From a gamma proteobacterium SCGC AAA007-O20 (GTDB lineage Bacteria; Pseudomonadota; Gammaproteobacteria; PS1; Pseudothioglobaceae), in assembly GCA_000213395.2 (NCBI GenBank), contig AFHY01000001.1, positions 22,227 through 86,226 of the forward strand: a stretch of 64,000 nt of DNA. The letters run 5' to 3'. Positions 1 to 10,141 of this stretch are shown piece by piece. Each line of letters begins with the position of its first letter. Position 1 is the first letter of the stretch. Below the pieces are notes generated by a model. The model worked only from the letters and a program-made list of their open reading frames with translations, had not been told where the DNA came from and did no database searches. A program made the position numbers and the translations under genes.

Positions 1-2
1 AA

Positions 3-1199
3 CTCCCTGTTGCAATAAAAATACTTGGAGAAGAGCTTGTCTTGTTTCGAGATAAGAGCGGTCAGTTGGGACTAGTTCACAAACACTGCCCTCATAGACA
101 GGCCTCTCTGGAATTTGGAATTTGTCGTGAAAAAGGCATCCAATGCTGCTACCACGGCTGGCACTATGATGTCGATGGCACATTGATTGAAGTTCCTGGT
201 CAGCCAACTGCCACCGCAGATATGATAAAAAATAAGGTGCGTCTAGGCGCTTATCCTACTTTCGAATTTAAGGGGCTTATCTTTGCATATTTAGGCCCAA
301 TTGATGAAAAACCAGAATTTCCAATCTATGACAGCCTCGAATTTGAAGATATGGAAATGGTTCCTTACAAAGCACCCTTTAATTGTAACTGGCTTCAAGT
401 GCTTGATGCTATCGTTGATCCTATTCATACCGCCTTTCTTCATTCCAATATGAGTCGTCAACAATTTTCAGTAGGCTTTGGAGAGGTAGGTCAGATGGAC
501 TTCTTCGAGCGAGATAACTGGATATTGGGCTGCAACACGCGCAGAGTTGGTGACAACGTTTGGTTTCGAATCAATGAAGTTGTTTTGCCAAATTTTACTC
601 AGGCAGGGGCAGCCTTCAGAGCTGATGGCACAAAACAAATTTATTACGGGCGAAGCTCTTTCAGTCGTTGGGTAGTGCCAATTGATGATGAGACGACCAT
701 TTGTTATGCTTGGGCTAATTTTGGTAAACGTGGTGATCCCCAAGCATATAACACGCCAGAAGGTCCAGAGCTGATTGAACAGGGTGAGGTTTTTGATCGA
801 CCATATGAAGAACGGCAAAGGTTCCCTGCAGATAGAGAGGCTTGTGAAGGTATGGGTGCCATTAACATTCATAAGAACGAACATCTAGTGCGAAGTGACC
901 GTGGCGTTGCTATGATGCGTCAACGAATAAGGAAGCAAATTAGAACCGTAATTTCTGGAAATCAACCCTACCTCGCCTCAAAAATTGCGGGAATGCCAAT
1001 CCCCACTTATGGCGGTGACTCTGTTCTTTCTATCCCTAAAAACGAAAAAGGTGATGATGCCTCTTTACTCAGTAAACTTGCACACGAGTTTGTTGACATT
1101 CAGTTTCAGGTTGATGGAAAATCGGAACAACAAAGAATTAAAATTGTAACTGCAGGATTAAAAGAAATGCAGTCAAGGCATAATTCAAAGATTAAATAA
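3..1199 (+). CDS. Rieske non-heme iron oxygenase alpha subunit (phthalate 4,5-dioxygenase-like), 5' truncated by window
   Basis: CPHR...CCYHGW Rieske motif; DPIHTAFLH iron site; the frame is open upstream of 42 (LPVAIKILGEELVLFR) to the window edge. Confidence 0.85.
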   Translation, partial: LPVAIKILGEELVLFRDKSGQLGLVHKHCPHRQASLEFGICREKGIQCCYHGWHYDVDGTLIEVPGQPTATADMIKNKVRLGAYPTFEFKGLIFAYLGPIDEKPEFPIYDSLEFEDMEMVPYKAPFNCNWLQVLDAIVDPIHTAFLHSNMSRQQFSVGFGEVGQMDFFERDNWILGCNTRRVGDNVWFRINEVVLPNFTQAGAAFRADGTKQIYYGRSSFSRWVVPIDDETTICYAWANFGKRGDPQAYNTPEGPELIEQGEVFDRPYEERQRFPADREACEGMGAINIHKNEHLVRSDRGVAMMRQRIRKQIRTVISGNQPYLASKIAGMPIPTYGGDSVLSIPKNEKGDDASLLSKLAHEFVDIQFQVDGKSEQQRIKIVTAGLKEMQSRHNSKIK

Positions 1200-1223
1200 A
1201 CCAAAAAGGTAGGTACTGATAGC

Positions 1224-2252
1224 ATGCTAGAAAAAAGAAAAGTAAAAGTGCATTTCAAGAGCAATCATGCTGACCCTAAGTCCTTTCCTCCGACAATAGA
1301 AGGGGAATCTGTTTTCGCTTTTACGGAAGCAAGATTTAACGAAGCTCTTGAAAATTACCCCGACCTGAAAGGAAAAATTGAGCCAGTATTTGACTGGGAT
1401 TTAGATAACTTTTATGAATCAATGAAGAAAGCAGAGGTACTCGTATGTTGGGATTTTCCTATCGAAAACCTTGCCGAAATAGCGCCTAATCTTCGTTGGA
1501 TTCATATCACTGGTGCTGGTGTTGAGCACCTCTGCCCAATGGATTGGCTTCCTAATAACATTTCTGTTGTCAACAATAAAGGTGTGCATTCAGCAAAATC
1601 GGGTGAATTTGGTTTGATGAGTGTTCTTATGCTTCACACTCATATGCCACAGATCATTGCAAATCAACAGAACAACCACTGGGAATCACTTTACTCTACT
1701 CCCATAAAGGGCAAAACTTTGTTAGCTATTGGCGTTGGAAATATTGGCTACTCTGTGGCAAAAAAATGCAAAGCACTTGGAATGAATGTTATTGGTGTCA
1801 GTCGCCACGGAAAAACTTTAGAAGATGTAGATGAAATGGTATCAACTGATCAATTGGACACGGTATTACCAAAAGCAGATTATATTTTTATGGCCACCCC
1901 AAATACCACTGAAACTCATAACTTATTGGATGAAAGACGGCAATCATTAATGAAACCTGGCGTTGGTATTGTTAACGTAGGTCGCGCTGCTACAATAGAC
2001 TATGTAGCCTTGGTTGATAACCTAAATTCAGGTCATATTGGGGCTGCAATTATCGATGTATTTGACCCGGAACCGCTACCCAAAAACTCACCTTTATGGT
2101 CTGCTCCTAACCTCATGGTTATGCCCCATATTTCTGCAGATGATGGTGACACCTACATTCTAATGACTCTCGAATTGGTTTTTATGAATATGCGTCGCTA
2201 CCTTGCCAACCAAGAACTCAAGAACCTAGTGAGGCCTGATTTAGGCTACTAA
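1224..2252 (+). CDS. D-2-hydroxyacid dehydrogenase (NAD-binding)
   Basis: GVGNIG Rossmann motif, NVGRA, DVFDPEPLP, PHIS catalytic motifs. Confidence 0.9.
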   Translation: MLEKRKVKVHFKSNHADPKSFPPTIEGESVFAFTEARFNEALENYPDLKGKIEPVFDWDLDNFYESMKKAEVLVCWDFPIENLAEIAPNLRWIHITGAGVEHLCPMDWLPNNISVVNNKGVHSAKSGEFGLMSVLMLHTHMPQIIANQQNNHWESLYSTPIKGKTLLAIGVGNIGYSVAKKCKALGMNVIGVSRHGKTLEDVDEMVSTDQLDTVLPKADYIFMATPNTTETHNLLDERRQSLMKPGVGIVNVGRAATIDYVALVDNLNSGHIGAAIIDVFDPEPLPKNSPLWSAPNLMVMPHISADDGDTYILMTLELVFMNMRRYLANQELKNLVRPDLGY

Positions 2253-2282
2253 CTGGATAGTCCTATCTTGCAAACTTACTGC

Positions 2283-3416
2283 CTAGTGGTGATCTCTGAA
2301 ATATTTGGCAGCACTAATAGAAGCAAGGGTTATACTTTCAGATGGATTTGCCAATGCCTGTTTAAGTGTTAACTGCTTTGAGACAACACTGAAGACTCTA
2401 TCAATGTTATGTTTATGAATTAGTCTTTCATCATCTTCAACCGAGCCAGCAATCACAAATACTAAACATCGATTCCTCTTAGCACTTTTAGCAACGCCAA
2501 TGGGCGCTTTTCCTCTTATGCTTTGACTATCGAAACGACCCTCACCTGTGATTACTAAATCAGCACCTTTAATATGATGCTCGAAATCTATGGCATCCAA
2601 AACGATATTGATGCCACTTTTAAGTTCCGCATTTAAAAAAGCAAGAAAAGCTGAGCCTATTCCTCCAGCTGCGCCAGAACCTGGAACTTCTGAAACATCT
2701 TTTTTTATTGTGCTAGTTAAAATGTCAGAATAACGTGTCAGATTGGCGTCCAGTTGCGCAATCATTTCACTATTAGCACCCTTTTGTGGCGCAAAAATCA
2801 CTGAAGTGCCCTGTGGACCAAGTAGTGGATTATCAACATCGCACGCTACCTCAAAGCTGATGCCCTGAAGACGAGAGTCTATTGCACCAGAGTCAATACT
2901 ACTAAGAGAACTCAAACTACCACCACCTCGGTTCAGTTGGTTTCCTGAAATATCAAGTAGACGAACACCTAAAGCTTGTAACAAACCTGCACCACCATCA
3001 TTAGAAGCACTTCCGCCTAAGCCAATAATGATGTGGTTAGCACCCTCATTCACTGCTGCTAATATAAGTTCTCCTACCCCATAACTTGTTGCAATCATTG
3101 GGTTACGATTTTCTAAAGGCACCAAGCTCAAACCACAAGCATTCGCTACCTCAATGACTGCCGTCTTTGAATTACCAAGCATACCCCAACTTGCATTAAC
3201 GACTTCTCCCATTGGACCCATCACTTGTGTCGAAAAATAACAACCCTGGGTAGCAGATATAAGCGCTTCAGTTGTACCTTCACCGCCATCTGCAACAGGC
3301 AATTTGAGTACTTCAGAGTTTGGGAAGACGCCAACAAATCCTGCTTCTATAGCATTGGCAACTTCACTGGCTGAAAGACTTTCCTTGAAGGAATCTGGTG
3401 CTATGACTATTTTCAT
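2283..3416 (-). CDS. glxK: Glycerate kinase (GlxK/GarK family)
   Basis: MKIVIAPDSFKESL, ADGGEGT, GSGAAGG, ITGEGRFD signature motifs. Confidence 0.92.
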   Translation of the reverse strand: MKIVIAPDSFKESLSASEVANAIEAGFVGVFPNSEVLKLPVADGGEGTTEALISATQGCYFSTQVMGPMGEVVNASWGMLGNSKTAVIEVANACGLSLVPLENRNPMIATSYGVGELILAAVNEGANHIIIGLGGSASNDGGAGLLQALGVRLLDISGNQLNRGGGSLSSLSSIDSGAIDSRLQGISFEVACDVDNPLLGPQGTSVIFAPQKGANSEMIAQLDANLTRYSDILTSTIKKDVSEVPGSGAAGGIGSAFLAFLNAELKSGINIVLDAIDFEHHIKGADLVITGEGRFDSQSIRGKAPIGVAKSAKRNRCLVFVIAGSVEDDERLIHKHNIDRVFSVVSKQLTLKQALANPSESITLASISAAKYFRDHH

Positions 3417-3455
3417 AACAAAGTATTCACTGCACTATCAAAATAGAATCTGCTT

Positions 3456-3860
3456 TTAATTGTTTGGCATGTCCTCTGGGTCAATTCCAGGAACAAAAGT
3501 TATTCCTGCTTGTTGTTTCCAGTCATGGGGATAGGCGGCATAGAATATAACACACTTTTCATCACATTCGTATGCGATTGAATTGTCCTTAGGTATATAC
3601 AAAACATCTCCAGGTGAACAAACATATGACTCTCCATCACAGGTCAACCTGAAAGTGCCTTCCATGCAATAAATAATTTCATCACAAGTTAATTCCCAAG
3701 GTACTGAAACTTGATTTAAAAAATTTAGACCACCACACATAGTGTCACTGACAGCACTGGTGACAAAAGGCTTGATATAGGTTTGTCCTGGCTCTAAAGT
3801 ATGCAAACGATGTTCTATATCACTAAATTTATAGAGTTTTGGTTTATTATCTTTCATCAT
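3456..3860 (-). CDS. EutQ-like cupin protein
   Basis: WELTCDEIIYCMEGTF...PGDVLYIPK cupin pattern resembling EutQ. Confidence 0.7.
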   Translation of the reverse strand: MMKDNKPKLYKFSDIEHRLHTLEPGQTYIKPFVTSAVSDTMCGGLNFLNQVSVPWELTCDEIIYCMEGTFRLTCDGESYVCSPGDVLYIPKDNSIAYECDEKCVIFYAAYPHDWKQQAGITFVPGIDPEDMPNN

Positions 3861-3868
3861 TTTCCTTA

Positions 3869-4291
3869 TTAAGTTAAGTTAAGTCTTTCATTCAATTCAA
3901 CAACATAACCGTCCGGATCTTCTATAAATGCAAGGATACGGGTTCCAGCATTCATCGGTTTAGCTGGACTGATAATCTTTGCTCCTTGAGCTTCGAGATC
4001 TTCAACAGCTTTATAAACGTCAGGTGTTTCGATACAGATATGACCCCAGCCATTACCTTTGTCATAATGCTCCTTTTGATCCCAGTTATATGTCAACTCT
4101 AATGCTGGAAATTCAATCTCGGGCCCATAACCTACAAATGCATTGGTGTAGCTACCGCCAGGATAATCAGTTCTTCTCAAAACTTGCATGCCCAGAATGC
4201 CACAATAAAAATGGATTGATTTTTCTAGGTCTAGCACTCTTATCATTGTGTGAGCTAATCTATAGCCATTATCATTACTTTCAGTAGACAT
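3869..4291 (-). CDS. gloA: Lactoylglutathione lyase (glyoxalase I)
   Basis: HTMIRVLDLEKSIHFY, LELTYNWD, GWGHI, FIEDPDGYVVEL. Confidence 0.9.
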   Translation of the reverse strand: MSTESNDNGYRLAHTMIRVLDLEKSIHFYCGILGMQVLRRTDYPGGSYTNAFVGYGPEIEFPALELTYNWDQKEHYDKGNGWGHICIETPDVYKAVEDLEAQGAKIISPAKPMNAGTRILAFIEDPDGYVVELNERLNLT

Positions 4292-4301
4292 ATGTCCTCC
4301 T

Positions 4302-5414
4302 TTAAATGTTTTTTGATGTTTTCATTACAGCCTCTGCGATCATTGTTTGGAATGCACGAACGCTATCTTCCCAATAAGGTGACAGAAGGCCACCTTCCTT
4401 TGCTACTGGTGAGGCACGACCGAGTTGCATTCTTTCACAAATTGCATGGTCTTCTTTATGCACATCCCACCATAATTTTTTCACTGCATCAACTTCGTCT
4501 TTTGACAGAGTTTGCCCCTCAGTCGTATAAATAACTCTTTTCTGATGAGTGAGCCCTGAGTCAACTGGAACATTCAAGTAGACTCCAATCTGGTCAGGGA
4601 AATATCGACCAATAATAAAGTTAGGAAATAGTGTGAGGTAGCGTGAGCTAACAGAAAGGCTACCTTTCACTTTGTCTTTTTCATCCAGCTCAACAGCGCT
4701 TCCTAGACAAACGTCGTCAACGATAGTGTGGTGGTCTTTAAGTGGTTGATTTGTTGTCGTACGATGAACAAACTGGACATGATAAGGCTCAATAAAGTTT
4801 TCCATTAGAAACTTCCAATTGGTTGAAATTTCACCAAAATCAAGTGTCGCAACTGGTTCAACTTGTTCAAAGTTGATATCTTCAAAATACTTCATCAAGG
4901 GAGCTGAATACTCCTCAAATGCTAGCGCATCGGCACTAAGGTTAACAAAAATCCAGTCATGCCAGATAGCCAGTCTTACTGGCTTTAGGCCGTGTTTAGA
5001 GAACTCAAAACCCTCGACATGATGTTCTTCTCCAGCAAAAAAAGGAGTTTCGCAAAGCTCCCCATCCAAATTATAAGTCCAAGAATGATACGGACAACGC
5101 AACTTAGTTCCCACATTTTTTGCTTTATCAACCAATTTTAGGCAACGGTGTCTACAGGCATTATGAAAGGCGTTGATTTCACCAAGCTTGTTCTTAATAA
5201 GGATTAAGGGTTGACCGGCAACCGAACATGTAACAACATCACCAGGCTTTTTGAGTTCATGAACAAATCCCACAAAAACCCAATTCTGAGTAAATACGGT
5301 TTCGGACTCAATTTCCCAGAACTCAAAATCATTATAAGCTACAGCAGGAAGCCCATGTGCAGGCACGCTGTTCTTCAAAAAATTTGATAATAAAATGTCT
5401 ATTCTTTCATTCAT
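4302..5414 (-). CDS. Rieske oxygenase alpha subunit, choline monooxygenase/CntA/GbcA-like group
   Basis: CRHR...CPYHSW Rieske motif; NWKFLMENFIEPYHVQFVH with Glu bridge; EDHAICERMQ. Confidence 0.85.
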   Translation of the reverse strand: MNERIDILLSNFLKNSVPAHGLPAVAYNDFEFWEIESETVFTQNWVFVGFVHELKKPGDVVTCSVAGQPLILIKNKLGEINAFHNACRHRCLKLVDKAKNVGTKLRCPYHSWTYNLDGELCETPFFAGEEHHVEGFEFSKHGLKPVRLAIWHDWIFVNLSADALAFEEYSAPLMKYFEDINFEQVEPVATLDFGEISTNWKFLMENFIEPYHVQFVHRTTTNQPLKDHHTIVDDVCLGSAVELDEKDKVKGSLSVSSRYLTLFPNFIIGRYFPDQIGVYLNVPVDSGLTHQKRVIYTTEGQTLSKDEVDAVKKLWWDVHKEDHAICERMQLGRASPVAKEGGLLSPYWEDSVRAFQTMIAEAVMKTSKNI

Positions 5415-5429
5415 AATGACACCTTAAAT

Positions 5430-6296
5430 TTAATCATATTTTTTACCCCACCGCTCAAGAGAAATTGTAGCTAACAAAATTATTAGCATGCCTAGCCACT
5501 GAGAATAGCCGAGAACATTTTGGAGTAGTATAACGCCAAGAATAATTGTAAAAACTGGCTCCATGTACATCACATTAGCCGTGCGAACAGGACCAATTTT
5601 CGCAATAGAGTGAAAGAAAAAGTAAAAACCACCACTCATACCGATAGCCGAACCAAGACCCCACATTAACATCGGTGCAGTCACTGATGCTATTGGTGCT
5701 GCAGTGGTCATAAAATAAATTATTACAAAAACTGCTGCAGGTAACACCATAATATATTTAATTAAGCCCCATCCTGGGCTAACACTCTCGTGACGAGATA
5801 GAATATTAACAAAACTCTGAGCAACTGATGCAAACAAACCCCAAAAAACACCCCACAAATTCCAGTCACTACTATCACTCTGAAGCAACACCCATATGCC
5901 CAGCAAAGAAGCTAATAGAGCCAAAACCGACAACACATCAATTGACCTACTCTTAATTAATGAATTAGCGAAAAAAGTAATGATTGGAAACGTGTAAATT
6001 ACAACCACAGCCAAACTTAAAGGAATCAGTTTGATGGAATACATGTATGATCCAACAAATATTGCTTGAAATATGCTAATTAACACTAACCGTATTCGAG
6101 CTTCCTTAGTTTTTTGTTTTTTGGGTGACTTATCTAAAACGCTCGACAAGGATAGAGTGAAAATATAGCGCATACCAAGCAACAAGAAAACGCTACCTCC
6201 TACTTTGTAAAAGTATGGAACAGCTGCCGCTGCAAGTGAGAAACTAAAAGCTGATATTATGGCTGCAAGTACATTTGTAGAGAAATTATTGCTCAT
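5430..6296 (-). CDS. DMT/EamA family transporter
   Basis: About 10 hydrophobic helices; YTFPII and YMEPVFT EamA repeat motifs. Confidence 0.85.
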   Translation of the reverse strand: MSNNFSTNVLAAIISAFSFSLAAAAVPYFYKVGGSVFLLLGMRYIFTLSLSSVLDKSPKKQKTKEARIRLVLISIFQAIFVGSYMYSIKLIPLSLAVVVIYTFPIITFFANSLIKSRSIDVLSVLALLASLLGIWVLLQSDSSDWNLWGVFWGLFASVAQSFVNILSRHESVSPGWGLIKYIMVLPAAVFVIIYFMTTAAPIASVTAPMLMWGLGSAIGMSGGFYFFFHSIAKIGPVRTANVMYMEPVFTIILGVILLQNVLGYSQWLGMLIILLATISLERWGKKYD

Positions 6297-6357
6297 TGAA
6301 AATACAAATTTGCCTTGAAATGAAAGCCTGCATTTTATAACCCATTATGAGTTATCG

Positions 6358-7476
6358 TCAAGAAGTATATTTAATTGAAAGCTGTTGCCTTAAATAGCCT
6401 GGCTTGTTTGTTGTAATTGAAGTCGCCCCCCACTTCAATAATTGTTCAGCAATTTGTATGTCATCAATAGTCCATGAGTGGTACTCAAAACCAGCTTTGG
6501 TGATACTGTTGACAAGTTCTTGAGAGTTTTTGTTGTTTGAGCCAAGACCGTCAGCCTTGATATCTCTTAAACTATCGAGCAACTCGTGACTACTGACTGG
6601 CTCTTTCACGTCATATAACCAGTGCGCTTTAATATGAGGCGCAATTGATTTAAAGGCTTTAATTACTTGATTATCAAATGCTATGATTGAAATTTGTTCC
6701 TTTCGAAGATTCGAATTTACTATCCAATTGATAAGAGTAGGAACGATTTCAGGCCCACATTTAATCTCGATATAAATACCCTTATTGTTGGGTATTGTTT
6801 TAAACACTACATCTGCAATTTTAATGGGGGAAGGATAATCACCAGTTGCAATAAGACCTGCAACATGTGCCATATCAACAAACAAGTACGCACCAACTTC
6901 GTCTGCAATAGACCTAAAACGATTCCAATCAACAATACGTGAATATGCAGAAAATCCTGCAATAATCATTTTTGGCTTGTGTTCTCGAGCTAATCTATCT
7001 ACCTCATCATAGTCAATTTCTCCAGTATCTGCATTAAGGCCATACTGAATTGCATTAAAATTTTTGCCTGAAAATGATGGTGCAGCACCATGAGTCAAAT
7101 GACCGCCATGCGCTAAACTCATACCCAATATAGTATCACCTGGAACCAACAAGGCTTGAAAAACTGCAGCATTTGCTTGTGAACCAGAGTGTGGTTGTAC
7201 ATTTGCATAATCAGCATCAAATAAAGCTTTTGCACGGTCTATTGCAAGCTGCTCTACGACATCAACATGTTCACAGCCTCCATAATAACGTTTGTAAGGG
7301 TAGCCCTCTGCATATTTATTAGTAAGTTGAGAGCCCTGAGCAATCATTACTGCAGTTGATGTATAGTTTTCAGATGCTATTAATTCAATATGAGCTTCCT
7401 GACGCGCTTCTTCAGCAGTAATTGCATTTGCAATATCAGAATCAACTTCAGCTAAAGTTAGAGATTTTTCAAACAT
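6358..7476 (-). pseudogene. glyA: In-frame chimera: N-terminal ~224 aa of serine hydroxymethyltransferase joined to C-terminal ~148 aa of a glycerophosphodiester phosphodiesterase
   Basis: [31 protein letters not shown] then stops at ADVV before the TTHK PLP lysine; continues with GDPD motifs [19 protein letters not shown]. Confidence 0.8.
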
Positions 7477-7721
7477 AATTTCTTCCTAAATACAAACAAA
7501 AGGGATAATTTTAACCCACAATGATTTATTGAGTTAAATTCTTAGTGTTAACAGGTACAAATAATACCAAAATAATCCATAAAATGATTTTCATTAGAGG
7601 CAATCTGTAGTTTTTTTTTACATTACTGGAAGATTTTTTTTTGATTAGCTCTATCGTTGTAAAGTTTTATCATTTATCTGAATGGTAAAATTCTGTTTTC
7701 TTAAGATTTATAATCGTGTAA

Positions 7722-9008
7722 ATGAGAGTATTAATTTTAGGAAGTGGAATTATTGGCACCACTTCTGCTTACTATTTAGCAAAACAAGGGCATGATGTCA
7801 CCGTTATTGATCGCCAAAATAGCGTTGCCCTTGAGACAAGCCATGCAAATGCTGGTCAACTTTCTTATTCATTCTCTTCACCATGGGCCGCCCCAGGACT
7901 TCCATTAAGTTTAATTAAATGGATGTTTAGCAAGTACCCTCCTTTAGTCGTTAATCCAAATCTAAATTCTGAAACTGTCAAATTTCTTTATCAAATGCTC
8001 AAGAACTGTAATTCAAAAAGTTATGAGGTTAACAAAAGTCGCATGGTGAGAATATCTAACTTTTCTAAAAAATGCCTATTAGAGCTAGAAAAAGATGAAG
8101 ATATCTTTTATGAACAGCGTAAACAGGGATCTCTACTCCTTTTTAAGAGTGCTAAACAGATTGAAAACATTAAAAAAGATCTTTCTCTTTTAGAGAAACT
8201 TAATATTCAACATGAACTCCTAGATTTAAATGGATGTATTCAGGCAGAACCTGGCCTTCATCATGTTAAGAGCGAATTTACTTCTGGCCTTAGATTTGCC
8301 AATGATTGCACTGGTAATTGTTATCTTTTTACAAATCAGCTTTACAAAAAATGCCTTGAAATGGGTGTTAAATTTGAGTTTAATACCCAAATTGAAGATA
8401 TTCAAATTGAAAAAGAAAGAATCTCTTCAATAAAGACAAATCGAGGTGAATTTGATTCTGATAGTTATGTAGTAGCTTTAGGTAGCTACTCATCAAAAAT
8501 CCTCTCAAAAATAGGTATTAATATTCCTTTATACCCAGTTAAAGGCTATTCAATTACATTACCAGTTCTGAATAATGAAGATGCACCACAATCAACAATT
8601 ATTGATGACACTTTTAAGATTGGTATTACTAGACTAGGTAATAACATTAGAGTTGCTGGTACTGCCCATTTAACGGGCTACAACCTAGAATTAAGAGAAA
8701 AGTCACTATCTTTATTGAAACACGGATTAAATAGGCTTTTTCCATATGCAACAGGAAAGTGTGATGACATGAAGTTTTGGGCAGGACTACGCCCAAATAC
8801 TCCGGATGGTCCTCCTATTATTGGGTCAACGCCCTACTCAAATTTATATCTAAATACAGGACATGGTACTTTAGGATGGACAATGTCTCTTGGCTCTGGC
8901 AAACTGTTGGCAGACATCATTTCAGGCATTGAACCTGAAATCTCTGCGGAGGGTATAGATATGAGTCGCTTTAATTATTCTAACAAAACTCTCTTAAATT
9001 ATGGCTAG
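7722..9008 (+). CDS. dadA: D-amino acid dehydrogenase
   Basis: GSGIIG FAD motif, ETSHANAGQ, YPVKGYS, WAGLRP, NTGHGTLGWT; coupled to alr. Confidence 0.93.
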   Translation: MRVLILGSGIIGTTSAYYLAKQGHDVTVIDRQNSVALETSHANAGQLSYSFSSPWAAPGLPLSLIKWMFSKYPPLVVNPNLNSETVKFLYQMLKNCNSKSYEVNKSRMVRISNFSKKCLLELEKDEDIFYEQRKQGSLLLFKSAKQIENIKKDLSLLEKLNIQHELLDLNGCIQAEPGLHHVKSEFTSGLRFANDCTGNCYLFTNQLYKKCLEMGVKFEFNTQIEDIQIEKERISSIKTNRGEFDSDSYVVALGSYSSKILSKIGINIPLYPVKGYSITLPVLNNEDAPQSTIIDDTFKIGITRLGNNIRVAGTAHLTGYNLELREKSLSLLKHGLNRLFPYATGKCDDMKFWAGLRPNTPDGPPIIGSTPYSNLYLNTGHGTLGWTMSLGSGKLLADIISGIEPEISAEGIDMSRFNYSNKTLLNYG

Positions 9009-10077
9009 AAAGTGCACAGCTTCTATTAATCTTAGCGCAATTAAGAAAAACTATTTATACGCAAAATCTTTAGCACCGAACTCAAAAGCCATCGCAATTA
9101 TTAAGGCTGATGCCTATGGTCATGGCGCCATAGAAGTTGCCAAAGAGTTAAATGAAGTAGCTGATGCTTATGGCGTGGCTTGCATCGAAGAGGCTATTGA
9201 ATTAATAAACTCTGGAATAGATAAAACCCCAATACTATTATTGGAAGGAGTTTTTGAAAAATCTGAACTCGTTCTTGTTGAAAAACATAGTCTAATTGTT
9301 GCAGTATGTAATTCAATACAACTTCAATGGCTCCTAGATGCTGATTTAAATAGACCTATTGATGTATTCGTTAAATATGATTCTGGCATGGGACGCTTGG
9401 GCTTTCAAGACGATTCATTTATCCAAGCAATAAATTTGCTTGAAAAAAGCAACAATATTGGTGAAATAACTCTAATGACGCATTTTTCAAGTGCCGATGA
9501 CCTAAGCAGCACTCTAACCACTAAACAAATCAGCAACTTTGATAACACTCTATACGCAAAAAAATACCCGGTGTCACTTGCAAATTCAGCTGCAATTTTG
9601 AAGTGGAGTGATTCTCATAGAGATTATGTTCGTCCAGGAATCATGCTTTATGGATCTTCTCCGTTTCCTGAAATTAAATATCCAAAAAACTTGATACCAG
9701 CAATGACCTTGTCATCTGTTCTTATTTCAATAAAAAATCTTAAAAAAGGTCAAGGAATCGGATATGGTTCTCGCTTTATCTGTCCATATGATATGCAGAT
9801 TGGTGTTGTTGCTATTGGCTATGCAGATTGTTATCCACGAAGCGCAATAGATGGCACGCCTGTTTTTATCAATGGCGTAAAAAGTAAAATTGCTGGAAGG
9901 GTTTCAATGGACATGATAACAATAGATTTGACAGGAATACCGAATCCTAAAATAGGAGATTGCGTTGAGCTTTTTGGTGAAAATATCTCTGTAGATGAAG
10001 TTGCTAAATATTGCAACACAATCTCTTATGAAATCTTTAGTAAAATCACAAAAAGAGTTTACAGATCCTACGTCTAA
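9001..10077 (+). CDS. alr: Alanine racemase
   Basis: IIKADAYGHG PLP lysine, DSGMGRLG, VRPGIMLYG, GRVSMDM. Confidence 0.95.
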   Translation: MARKCTASINLSAIKKNYLYAKSLAPNSKAIAIIKADAYGHGAIEVAKELNEVADAYGVACIEEAIELINSGIDKTPILLLEGVFEKSELVLVEKHSLIVAVCNSIQLQWLLDADLNRPIDVFVKYDSGMGRLGFQDDSFIQAINLLEKSNNIGEITLMTHFSSADDLSSTLTTKQISNFDNTLYAKKYPVSLANSAAILKWSDSHRDYVRPGIMLYGSSPFPEIKYPKNLIPAMTLSSVLISIKNLKKGQGIGYGSRFICPYDMQIGVVAIGYADCYPRSAIDGTPVFINGVKSKIAGRVSMDMITIDLTGIPNPKIGDCVELFGENISVDEVAKYCNTISYEIFSKITKRVYRSYV

Positions 10078-10141
10078 TTTTTAGTAATATTAATATAATA
10101 TATCCAAGTAATTAATTATTGATTTATTTTTCTCTAAACTC

